From: Lama guanicoe
Taxonomy: Eukaryota
NCBI GenBank assembly: GCA_013239625.1
Contig: MU053513.1
Coordinates: forward strand, 1,724,927 to 1,788,926
Direction: 5' to 3'
Length of the DNA: 64,000 nucleotides
Part shown: one piece after another, positions 39,398 through 51,556 of the stretch
How the letters are laid out: every line of letters starts with the position of its first letter
Numbering within the stretch: position 1 is the first letter of the stretch
Notes under the pieces: model-generated
Seen by the model: only the letters and a program-made list of their open reading frames with translations
Databases searched by the model: none
Told to the model about the DNA's origin: nothing
Program-made: the position numbers and the translations under genes

Positions 39398-39948
39398 AGA
39401 GCAGCCAAGATGGTGGAGTAGAAGGATACTATTAGCTCACCCTCTCCCATGAATACACCAAGAGAGACGTCCATGGACCCACCCATTCTTAAAAACACCT
39501 GCTGAACTTTGACAGAACATCGCCTTCTTCAAAAGACAAAATTCCTCCCAAATGCTGGATCCCAAGAGAAGCTACTTCATCCTAGTTGCTGGGGAGCCAT
39601 TAATAGAATCAGTTGTTCAACATGGTCCATTTGTGATGAACACAGATGAAGAGATTTCTCAGGCCATTCTTGATTTCAGAAATGCAAAGAATGGGTTTGT
39701 AAGAGCCAAAAGTTAGAAATCAAAGACTAGAGACTAGCGACAACCCCAAGGGCAGGTCTGGCTGACTTCTAGAATTTTGCCATTGATGGCATCCACCCAT
39801 TCAGTGCATCCAATTTCCAGAGCTGACTTCGCCAGTGCTTCTAAAGAATTCCACACTAAAGTGATAATGTGGTTTTAACAGCAATGTCTGTGAGATAGTT
39901 TCTGACACACAAAAATAAACTGCATTGTTGCTTCTTTAAAAAACAAAA
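39398..39948 (+). pseudogene. PIR: Chimeric retrocopy: L1 5'UTR leader (39398-39557) + pirin C-terminal coding part and 3'UTR
   Basis: 39558-39737 reads DPKRSYFILVAGEPLIESVVQHGPFVMNTDEEISQAILDFRNAKNGFVRAKS*KSKTRD* (pirin C-terminus with one premature stop); AATAAA 39914-39919, A-rich tail, TSD ..AACCATACA ending at 39397 and 39963. Confidence 0.9.
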
Positions 39949-41059
39949 AAACAAAACCATACACGTAGCATATATTTTTCTACTTTACATTTGGTGGGAC
40001 CATAGTTGACATTTTAAGCACACATCTTTCAACATTAAATTATAATTTTTTTCAAATAAAGCTTACATCAATCCTTTTAAAGTAACTAACTTGTCAGTTT
40101 AAAATCCTACTACTAAATGATTATTAATAGAACAAAATCTGAGGTTAAATTATTTTCAAAAGGACATGTTCCTTTAGAAATTTAAATTTTTTCATCAAAC
40201 TTAAGATCAACATAACTTTTACACTTATAAATAGTTATAAAACTGGTATTTTGGGATACTGAATTATCCAGAAAAATTTGCAGTATTCTCTTTTCAGCAC
40301 ATACATGATTTTCAAAAATGCATATATACAAACTTTGACAGATCAATTAACTACAGAATTGAATCAACATTTACAACTTTCAAGCTCTTATCTTCTTAAT
40401 TATATTCCATTATTAGTATTAATCCTGCAAAAAAGAAATGATAGTACAGTTTTCATTATGTCAAAGCACATTTAAAGTGGGGTAAGTTACAAGTGAATTA
40501 AGTTAAATCTAGGTTCCATATGCCTTTTGCTATTTTCAGAGTGGAACACAGACATTTATCTTGGGTCTCTTTACCTTTCAGACATTACACATGAGCTGTT
40601 AAAAGTCTGTTTTACTTCATTCAACAGGAATCAGTCATTCAATGTCATCTAGATCAGTTACCCTGCTTGTACTTAACTTAAAAAAAAAACTAACAAAGAA
40701 AAACAGCTTGGAGGAACTGGAAAGTTTTATTCATTAAACCCAACTTTATAAGCGAAAGACCATGCCTCTCATTTCAGTAATTGTTATGATTCCTGGAATG
40801 GCAGCTTAAGAATTAAGAAGAGAAATAATACCATCTGTTTTTTAGATAAGCCAGTAAGTATAAAGAAAGAATACTGGACAATATCTCAAATTAACTGCTT
40901 TCATGCACCCAATTAAAATTTAAAATACTCTTTCTAAAAGTATTATCAACTCTTGATTATTATTCAAAGACATGGACAGCACAGCCAATTGAAATCCAAA
41001 GGCTTTATCTTAGTCAATATTTCCAGAAATTGCTAACAAATTTTTCTTAGCAGGAAAAA

Positions 41060-41760
41060 AAAATGCTAAAACCACAATGAGATACCATTACACACCTACC
41101 AGAATGATCAAATTGGGGGAAAATGGCCATTTTTTAAAGAGTGTGCAGCAATGGAAATTCTCACACATCACTGGTAAAAATGTCAATTGGTAAAAAACAC
41201 TGTGGAAAGTTTGGCGTTATCTACGAAAGTTCAAGACCGCATTCTTATGACCTTGCAATTCTATTCCTCTGGTGTGTTTTACAGAAATGCATGCTTACGT
41301 GCATAAGAATGTTCATAATAGCACTGGTTATAGTAGCTCCAAACTAGAAAGAAAACAATTGTCCATCTACCACAGAATACACAAAGTGTGGTATATTCAT
41401 ACAACGAAATACTGTACAACAGTAAAACTGAATAAACTGTTGCTATGTCCAGGAATATGAACAAACCTCATGATACGCTGAGTGAAAAATTATATGTATG
41501 ATTTCATTCACATCAAATTTAAAAGCAGGCAAAACTAAACTACAGTGATCAGGACTATTCACTTAGTTGGTAAAACTATAAAGAAAAACCAGGAATTAAG
41601 CAAGAACACCAGGACAGCGGTTAATATGGGGGGTAGGCAGTAAGGGTATTGACTGGGAGCAGGTACAAAATAATCTTTTAGGGAGTTAGCAATGCTTCAT
41701 TTTTTAATCTATATAATAGACAAGAAGATGTGATAAATCACTGTACTTTTTTGTTTTGTG
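41060..41760 (+). mobile_element. Ancient L1ME-like 3' fragment
   Basis: aaaaccacaatgagataccattacacacctaccagaatg..gtggtatattcatacaa. Confidence 0.7.
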
Positions 41761-42464
41761 TACTGTTCCTCTAAGGATTTTAAATAGAAGGAAAGAAAAA
41801 AACCAATATATCTACATATCTTGGCCCCAAATGGCTGAGAGGAGAAAAGACAAAAAAAAAAAACTTTCTGTAATTCAATGTTGGCAGTCAAGCTGTGAAT
41901 TATTATTAGATGTGAATTTTATTTCCTGATAGAGGAAGCACCTATAATGACTCAAAAGTCAAAAGATCTGAGAAGTCTGTTAAGCACAACAGCAAACTGA
42001 AAATAATTAATCTGAACCCTAGGAAATACCAGTAGCAGTAGGAGAGTCTAATGCAATGCATATATACCACTCATAAACTTTCTTCTCCCAGCTCATCATT
42101 CTTTGCTATTTACTGAATGGTTTACAATTTTAAGTGAGAACCTTTGGCTGCAGATAATCAACTATTTGCAGGAAGAAGACATGGAAACTACGAGATGCTT
42201 GTTATCTAATGACAATAAAAGTGTGATTAATAAACACTTATTTTGCACTTACTACTTGTCAGAAACCAAATTACGTGCTTCACATACATTATCTCGTAAT
42301 CCTCACAATAATCCTTTAAGGTAGGCAATTTTTAAAAAATTTACATATATAAAAAAAGCTAAAGAGCAGAAAAGTTGCATAACTGGTCCATACCCACATA
42401 GTTAAGAAATGGAATGACAAGATTCAAACCCAGCTCATCTGACACCAGATTCCATGCTGTGAGA

Positions 42465-42715
42465 CAATGGGGCTGTGGTGTTCAGTGTGGTAGCCACATG
42501 TGCCTATCCACAGCACACAAAATGTGGCTAGACAGAATGGGGATGTGCTGCAAGTGTAAAACACACAATGGATTTCGAGAACTTTGTACCCCAAAATATA
42601 AAATATCCTATTAATATACACTGAGTTTAAGAAAATACATTATTAAAATTAATTTCACCTGTCTCATTTTTCATGTGGCTACTAGAAAATTTCAAGTTTC
42701 TATTGGCCAGCACTG
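42465..42715. mobile_element. MER3/MER33-like hAT remnant next to a MIR
   Basis: tagccacatgtg..aaatgtggcta..attaaaattaatttcacctg..gtggctactagaaaattt..tattggccagcactg. Confidence 0.65.
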
Positions 42716-43665
42716 TTGGAGCATTTCTTTCTCATATCTTATCTACTGTGCAAAGAGCTTACAAGTTCTTTAAAGGATTCAGATTCAACTCACATTTTTT
42801 GAGTGACTATTACACGCCCAAGGCATTCTGTTAAGTGCTTTCTTTCACAGACTATTTATTTCATTTAATATGTATAACTATTAGACAGGAATAGGCTAAT
42901 TATTATGTACAAGAACACTTTATTGTAACTAAGAAAAAAATTTTTAATAAAAAATTTCACTGGTTCCTTATCCGGTTTTCAAAGCTTTCCATAATCTCTG
43001 ACCATACTACGTATCTTTCATTCATCACTAGAACACCCCTCAGCTGTAGGTGAGTACATTCACAATACTCCCAAGTGCCATAGAGTAATGCAGTGGGGGA
43101 AAGCGTGGGCTTTGGAGTCAGCCAGCCAGCATCTGGATCCTAGTTTCAGCTTTGCTATTAACTACCTGAGTAAACTGGGGATAATAACACTGATTTCACA
43201 GAGTTGCCCTAAGGATTACATGAGAGATTTGTGAAGGCACAGTCCTTGGCACTCAGTAAGTGCTAAACAATTCTTCTCTGCTATTAATATTGCCACAGGT
43301 ATTCTTTACTCACGCATTTGGCTCCTCCTGCATCTTCTCCAACACAAAAACTTCTCTCCTTCTGCTCCCTTGCCCCATGCTACCCAGGAGCACATATTGT
43401 TTTATAATATGCAGCTCAAGTACTATTCTCTGCATGCATCCTCCAAAAATTACCTAATTTTTTGCTTCTAGGTAAAGCAGTACAGAAAAAGTATTAAAAT
43501 TACAGGTTCTGGAGCCATCCAGCTTGGATTCAAATTCTGACTCTGCTACTTACTTGCTATGTAGCCTTGAGTAAGCTGACCTTCTCCATTCCTCAGTGTT
43601 CTTATTTATAACACGGAATAAAATCTACCTCCCAGAGTTTTAAGATGAGGATTAAACAAGTTAAT

Positions 43666-44053
43666 ACAGTTGGACCTTCATAACTGTTGGTTCCACATCT
43701 GAGGATCCAATCAACCGCAGATGGAATTTTTTTTTTTAGTTCCAGAACGTTCCAAAAAGCAAAGCCTGAATTTGCTGAGTGCCAGCAACTATTTACATAG
43801 CATTTACATTGTACATGCAACTTACGTAATATTTACATTGTATTAGGTATTATAAGTAATCTAGAAATGATTTAAAGTATATGGGAGGAGGCACAACATT
43901 GTAAAATGACTATCACTCAATAAAAAAATATAAAAAAAATAAATAAAGTATATGGGAGGATGTCATAGGTTATATGCAAATACTGCACCACTTTCTATAA
44001 GGAACTTGAGCATCCATGGATTTTGGTATCCACAGGGAGCAGGGACGACAGTG
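43666..44053 (-). mobile_element. MER2/Tigger-like DNA transposon remnant
   Basis: acttgagcatccatggattttggtatcc, gtattaggtattataagtaatctaga; TA-flanked CAG..(C/G)TG ends. Confidence 0.75.
43890..43944 (+). mobile_element. Micro L1 insertion (extreme 3' end plus tail)
   Basis: cacaacattgtaaaatgactat..caataaa; perfect 16-bp TSD aaagtatatgggagga at 43874-43889 and 43945-43960. Confidence 0.9.
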
Positions 44054-45524
44054 TATTTAAAATAAGCATTGGATAAATGTTAACTATTCAAATTATTACA
44101 CAAAAGATAAGAACGCACCCTTTAATACACTACCTGAATTTTTATTTATTTGTTGCCTGAATATATAACCTGTCTGTCTACCGGGACTGAAATAACTGAA
44201 GTGCATGAACTTTCTAAGTTTTCCCTTTTCCTTTTCTTTCATTTTTTTTTTTCTGATGGTTCCTACAGTTCTCAATAGAGCATGGAACAAACTGTAAACT
44301 TAACTATTTATTTATATAAATTAAATAAAACTTGTTATTATAAACTGACCATTCACATATGAAAATCTCTATTTTAAAACCTCCCATGTATTTCCCCTGG
44401 GTCATTTTGCCTGTTATATGACTTTAACTTGTTTTCAGGGCACTGTTAAAATTCTCAGTTTTCCAATACCCAGCCCTAAATTAATTAAACTTATGATACT
44501 ATCTTGTAAACCTGAGATATGCAGCTTACGCCCCTTAAGGATTCATCGTTAATCTCAGAAGTGCCTAAAAGAAAGCTTTCCATGTAAATGGCTGATTAAA
44601 TATAAAAAATGCACCATCATACATTACCTCCTTGACTCTCAGTGGGCCAGCTTTTTTTCTAACCTTCTTAAACAGTAAATCCAAAATTTTTAAAAACATT
44701 TTTTTACCCATCTCAATCACCCAGAACTTTAAAAACATTCATGTGTAGACATAAACTATGTTCTTCTTTGGAAGAACATTGCAAGTGTAATGTTTACTTT
44801 TAACCAAACAGTCATATATTTTAGGCCAAAAATCTGACTGGAGTCAAGCCTTCCTCCTTCTTTCACAATCTCATAACTCACATACTACTTAAGTTTCTTC
44901 CAAAGCAAAATTTGCTTGAAAGTTATAAAAAGAAAAAGAAAAAACTAGAAGACACTTCAACTCTTGGAAACTCAGGCCTGGATCTAATTCTTTAAACCAG
45001 TCCAACTGGGTTTTTCGCATGTCTCACTTTGCCATCCCCAGGCACATTCTATTTTCTGTCACTTAGAAGGCATCAGGTCTATTTTAACTTCAGCAGATTC
45101 TAGTGGAGATTCCAAAGATGCCACTCTTCTTTTAAAATCCAGGCTGTCCACTGTGGATTTTACAACACCAGCAAGAAGAGGAAGCCTGCCAAATGTCTCA
45201 ATGTCATCTGACTTCTATGTCAGCAGCTATTCTCCAGACGATTTTTAGCAGTTTAAATATGACCTGGAACCTTGTCTTTTCTATGGTTTTATTAAAAATG
45301 GAAAAGTTCCTGCTGCTAACAAGACAAGCTATTTTCCAGAGTCTGCTGTAATCTGTTAAAACAATTAAGAAATTTAGAAAATTACTGCTGCCCTCTGTTT
45401 ATCTTCTGACTTATCTGTTCCATCCATACTGTGAATAATTTTTTATTTTCACTTATTTTAATGCTAAAAAATACTTTGAGAGAAAAAACAAAGTTGAACA
45501 CAAAAACCAAGAACAACGTAAGGG

Positions 45525-45840
45525 AGGGGCAACTGGCTTAAGGTAATCAAAGGTACAAACTTCCAGTTATAGATAAGTAAGTACTAGGGATGTAACATAC
45601 AACATGGTAAATATAACGAACACTGCTGTACGTCACACATGAAAATTGTGAAGAGAGTAAATCCTAAGAGTTTGCATCACTTTAATTTTGTATCTGTATG
45701 AAATGATGGATGTTCACGGAACTTACTGAGGTAATCATTTCATGATGTAGGTTAGTCAAATCATTATGCTGTCTGTACACCTTAAACTTACACAGTGCTA
45801 CATGTCAATTATAGCTCAATAAAACTGAAAGAAAAAAAAA
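45525..45840 (+). mobile_element. Old L1 3'UTR end
   Basis: aaaggtacaaacttccagttat..tacaccttaaacttacacagtgc..ctcaataaaactg(A)n. Confidence 0.75.
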
Positions 45841-48554
45841 CATAATTTCAGAAAGTGAAAGAACTAGGTGAGCCAAGAGATGTACTGTGCCTCAATGCAC
45901 CTTAACACTGAAAAGAGCAACAGTGAAATCCACTGAAAGAAAAGAAAGGACATCTGATTAGTTCTTGTGCTGTAACTTACACAGTTTTGTCTATGGGAAA
46001 TAGTACACGAAAAACAGCCCGATACGGCAGTACCCAAAAGGAGAGCTCCCCAACAGTTGTCTCTGGCTTTCCCTATTTATCAAAACTTCCTATATGCCAG
46101 GACTGGCCAACAATTGTGATTCCTAACTGGGAAATACAGCTCCCAATGCAACATGTGTAATAAGAAAGAAAGAGAAAGGAGTAACAATATTTTCTACCTT
46201 GTCTTAGTAGAAGACAGAAGTAACTGGATAACCCAAAGTGATGCAAAAAGTAACTTAAGAGCAGGTCTGCAGTTTTAGAGACTTTAACGGGGCCACTAGG
46301 ACAGCAGGTCACTCTGTACACTACACAAAGGCCCCTGGCCAATGGGACAAGTCGGGGCAGAACTCCAGCCCACATCCTGGGCCTGCATCTTCCTGGAAGA
46401 AGGTAAACCTTCTTCTCATTACAAAGATGCCCTTCCCAATGGGCTACATGGTCCTGTATCTAAATCAAACAAAGGCCTTGGATGGGCTAGTGCAGGTCCT
46501 AGACTTAGAAATCCAAGGGGATAAGATATAACTTGAACACAAAAAAGGCGAAGGCGAGCAGCAGGAATTTTCCTTGTATCTGGCACCCTCCCAATTTTCA
46601 TTACTGCTTTCATCTTTGAACTTACTTTGACTTGCATATATAACACCAGTTAGACTTCATTTTGTAGTATTATTAAACACTTTGAAATTAAGACTATGAG
46701 TCTTAAGCATTGAGAGGAAATTACAGGGCAAATTTCTCATATGCTCTGCAATTTGCACTCCGTATATTTAGAGGTCTGAGTATACAAGTTAAGCCTGTAA
46801 TTCATGTCACTCCCTAAAAATAAACCCTCAGGGAGTTTATCCTCTGACCACAGTGATTCTGCAGGAAAAGAAAAGGACAAGGGCTTAGAGCATCAACTCT
46901 AGGCTGTCTGACATTTGACTCAAGATGGTAAGTTAAGGTTATTTCCTCTCACTGCCGAGCTCTTTCAAAACTGCCAAATGTTCTAGCTGGCTGCTTACCA
47001 AAAAAGAAGAAAAATGTCTCTAAAGTGGTCAGGAGATCTCACTTTACACCTTTTCATGTTCTCTGCCAGCGAATTTGTACAGTCAGTACTAGGCTGGAAA
47101 AAACTCTAATTTTCCCTTACAGGATGTCTCACTGTCTCAATGAAATTCTATGCATAAGAGAGCAGAAAGAAAGATGGATAAAGTATTTAAACTAGACCAG
47201 TCAACCCTTCCAGGATCTCCTGCAAACACATAAAATTTGATCATGAATTTTTATAACTCTCAGTGGCTCCCTTTAACCTAAAGATATAAAACAAGGACCT
47301 TCATGATTTATCTCCTGCCCATCTTTCTAGATGCATTTCCCTCCATATTCCTACACATACTGTTTCCAAGACATATCGAATAACCTACCGTTCCCTAAAC
47401 AGGCTCCACTCTAAACCTTGACCCACACTGTTCCCTCCACTGGGAATGCCCTTTCCTCAATCATGCTCCTGTTGGGCCATCTTTCCTCAAGTGTCACGCT
47501 TTTCTTTGGTGTTTCCATAGCACCTTCTAATAAACACATTATGCACTTACTCTACTGTGCTATATGATTTTTTAATGCCTATCTCCAAAACTAGACTCTG
47601 CCTAAAAGCAAGAATGAAATAGTCTTCATCCTCGTCTTTCTAGTGCCTTATGCCATGTTTGACATGTAGTAGGCAATCACACGTTTGCCAAATAAATATT
47701 CGAGATCTAATATTCTACGAGTTCATTCTGTTCAAAAATAAATTATAAAGAGGCCTCAACACATATCTGAAATATGCAAAGCAATGCTGTTAGGCTACAA
47801 AAATTCCTGGTTTGTTTTTAAGGGCTAAATTTGTTCCTACACATCAGTATAAAAGAATCTCAAAGTCCTTTGCTTCAGCCAAAAAAACAACATTTATCAA
47901 ACTTATGGCTGCAGAGTTGCCTGCTAATACTGCTGTTGCAAATACATACTATTCTTTCCAGAAAATGTAAGCTCACAAACTACAAAGCCCAATTAGTTTC
48001 AGAAGAAATCTAATTAAAGTGTAGATTAACACCCTTGAACTTTATTCATGTAAATCATATCAACTAAATAATGTACCCAAGAAACTGTGAGTAAATGTCA
48101 TTTGCTGTTAATCAGGTTTATTTTTACACTAACAATAAATTCAGCAATTTGGTCCTGCCCTAACAGCATAACCAAAGTGAGTAAAGAATAATCTTAACTC
48201 CTGAATGTACTGTTACCGGGATAAACTACCAAACCACGCAATGATGTATACTCTGCCTGATACAGTGGTAACAGAAATCTCCTAAAGTATAAACCATCCC
48301 TTGGTGTTAGGTTTTAATACCAGAGTCTATCAATCTCTCATTAGTTGTGACCAACTAAAGTCTAATTTTTTCGAAAATAATTCAAATAACATAAATTCCT
48401 GTCTAACATGAAAGATATGTATACTTTTATTATATGATTTGACATGTACAAAAAGTATATATATATGGCACAGAAGTGCATTTTGAATCAAAATACTAAA
48501 ATAAACATTTGTGAATCTATTACCCATTTACAGCCACTTTTTTAAATTTACAAA

Positions 48555-48690
48555 AAAATTTTTGAGGGAGGGGTAATTAGGTTTATTTATTTATTTATTT
48601 TTTGAAGAGATCCTGGGTTCAATCGATTGAACCCAGGATCTTCTGCACGCTAAGCATGTGCTGTACCAGTTGAGCTATACCCTCCCCTAC
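48555..48690 (-). mobile_element. Vic-1-type SINE containing a 34-bp palindrome
   Basis: ggtaattaggtttatttattt tail and gctaagcatgtgctgtaccagttgagctataccctcccc head. Confidence 0.85.
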
Positions 48691-49399
48691 ATAATTATTT
48701 TATTAAGGAAAAACAATGTAATCATGCAGAAAATAGTACTGTACATATCTTCTTCTTACCTGATAACTCATGAAATAAGTCTCCAAATGAACTTCCCAGA
48801 TACTCAGATATTCAGCAAAAAACAGCACCAGATAACCAAAGATAACCACATGTTCCAAACCAGATCGGTTTACTTTTAAGATCTTATCTTATGTTCTTAA
48901 ACAGGCTGCGGCACTTCAGTTGGGAAGTGTGGGAAAGAATGGAGGTGGGAAAGAAGAGTTAAGAAGGCTCTTCTGCTTCTTGGAGGGAGCTTAGGCTCCA
49001 AGTTTCACAAAACAGCTCAGCACTGAGGTATACACTAACCGGCATGGTATTGCTTTCTAACTGCTTCATAAAAGTAAGTCTTAATTGGCCAATCAGACCA
49101 CAAGTAACCTGAAAACAGACATGTTAGCCCTTATTTCATCTAAATGTCATCACGTATAAGGCATAAAGCAAACAGTAAATACTTGCAAGCTGACTTTGAA
49201 GCTATATTTTGCCTTAGCAGTCTTCATGAGTCCCTGTCATCAACACTGTCGCGCCTCACTGGAAGGCCAGTGTAGTGGGCCATCTAACTCATGGTCCTCC
49301 TTTCTACACAGCTCTCTTAAGAGGCAAAAAGACTCCAAGAATCCTTCCAGAACAGTAAGATAGGAGAAAAAAGGAAGAAAGAAAGCATAAGGTTTGGGA

Positions 49400-50130
49400 A
49401 GAAAGAAATAAAAATAAACGTTATCATTCATAGATATGTGGCCTAGATAAAAATTCCAAAAGAACCTCTGACAAATTACTGGTGTCAGAACTAACAAGAG
49501 TTAATAAGGATTGTTGATAATATTGAAATGCAAATATCAACATTTTAGACACCAGCAACAAAAAAGTAGAAAATGTAAATTTTAAAAAGGTACCATGTGC
49601 AATGACAACAAAACTCTAAGGGACCTAGCAATAAAGATATATAAGACCTCCACGGAGAAAATTATTTAAAGATTATGAAAAACAAAGATTTAAATAAATG
49701 AAGAGCCATATTATATCTGTAGACAGAAACATTAATATTATGAAGATGCAAATTCTCCCACAAACTGACCTATAAATGCAATGTAATAATCAAAATCCCA
49801 AGAGGGGTTTTCATGAAACCTGACAAACTCCTAAACTTCGCATGGAAAAGCAAAGGGCTAAGAATAGCCAAGGCAATTCCTAAAAAGAACACAGTGAACA
49901 GACTCACCCTGTCAGGTGTCAAGACTCATTATAAAACTATATAAAGCTACAGTAATCAAGACACTTGAAACCAACGCAGGAACAAACAGACTAACAGAAC
50001 AAAACAGAAAGTCCAGAAAAGACACACATATAAGATAGTCATTTGACATATGACAGGGGGCATTTCAAATCAGTGAGAAAAGGATACATTATTCAATGAA
50101 TAATGCTGAGGCAACTAGTTATCCAAATGT
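49400..50130 (+). mobile_element. Ancient L1 ORF2 fragment
   Basis: Degenerate ORF2 motifs (agaatagccaaggcaattcctaaaaagaa, aaagctacagtaatcaagac). Confidence 0.65.
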
Positions 50131-50762
50131 TTTTTTTAAAAAAGAGTAATAACATACATTTTTAAAAATCACCTTAGATTCCACTATAGGCAGAAAAAAA
50201 TGATTCACAGCATGTTGAATTATTCAAAGGAACAGCATCAGCAATATAACAAACAAACCAAAAAACCCAGAAAAGAAAAACAAAATTTACTAAAAACCTG
50301 GGATAGTTATTATAAAACTAAAATCTTAGAGAGGAATTTCAGTTCTGGAAGAGACTTAGTTTGGCTGGAATATATGGGAAACAGTAAAACAAACAAGTCA
50401 GAAAAGTGACCTGAGAATCTGGGCTGATAAAATGAGAGACCTCAGCACCAAGAAGATAACTCCGGAAACATGGTGCAGATCTACCAGTGGGGAGAGAGAC
50501 TGGAGGCAGGAACCTAATTAGGGGATTATTAAATCCAAGAGAAGTATAACAAGGGTGCAGAGAAAAAGGAGAACGAATGAAAGTTATACTATGGAGGCAG
50601 AATTGACAGAACTTACCAGGTAATTGGATGTGCTGGCAAAGAGTATATCCATTTATCATTTTTTGTTTTCCTCCTATGCATATGGCAAGATCAGGGATGA
50701 AGGGAAGTCAGTAATCTCAGTTATGTCTAGAATAAATACTTTTACAAAGTATTTGTCCTTCA

Positions 50763-51556
50763 CAAATGCTGGAGAGGCTGTGGAGAAAAGGGACCCTCCT
50801 ATACTGCTGGTGGGAATGCAGTTTGGTGCAGTCACTGTGGAAAACAGTATGAGATTCCTCAAAAGACTTGGAATAGACTTACCATATGACCCAGGATTCC
50901 CGCTCCTGGGCATATATCCAGAAGGAAGCCTACTTCAGAAACACACCTGCACCCCAATGTTCATAGCAGCACTATTTACAATAGCCAAGACATGGAAACA
51001 GCCTAAATGTCCATCAACAGATGACTGGATAAAGATGTGGTATATTTATACAATGGAATACTATTCAGCCATAAAACCCGACAACATTATGCCATTTGCG
51101 GCAACATGGATGTTCCTGGAGAATGTCAAAGTGAAATAAGCCAGAAAGAAAAAGAAAAATACCATATGAGATCGCTCATATGTGGAATCTAAAAAAAAAA
51201 AAAAAAAAGCATAAATACAAAACAGAAATAGACTAACAGACATAGAATACAGACTTGTGGTTGCTGGGGGGAGGCGGGGGGGAAGAGAGAGACTGGGATT
51301 TCAAAATTGTAGAATAGATAAACAAGATTATGCTGTATAGCACAGGGAAATATATACAAGATCTTATGGTAGCTCACAGAGAAAAAAATGTGACAATGAA
51401 TATATGTACGTTCATGTATAACTGAAAAATTGTGCTCTACACTGGAATTTGACACAACATTGTAAAATGACTGTAACTCAATAAAAAAAAAGTAAAACAA
51501 ACAAAAAAAAGAAGTAAACTTCTGTTATCTAAAACACAAAACAAAACAAACAAAAC
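50763..51556 (+). mobile_element. Young 5'-truncated L1 (ORF2 C-terminus + 3'UTR) with short extra 3' segment
   Basis: Highly similar to 14008-14770; TSD agtatttgtccttca at 50748-50762 and 51557-51571. Confidence 0.92.

Noticed and set aside
50624..51139. 171-aa ORF ending in L1 ORF2 C-terminal sequence
   Set aside because: Chance fusion of flank and a truncated L1; non-ATG start and a frame change relative to ORF2.
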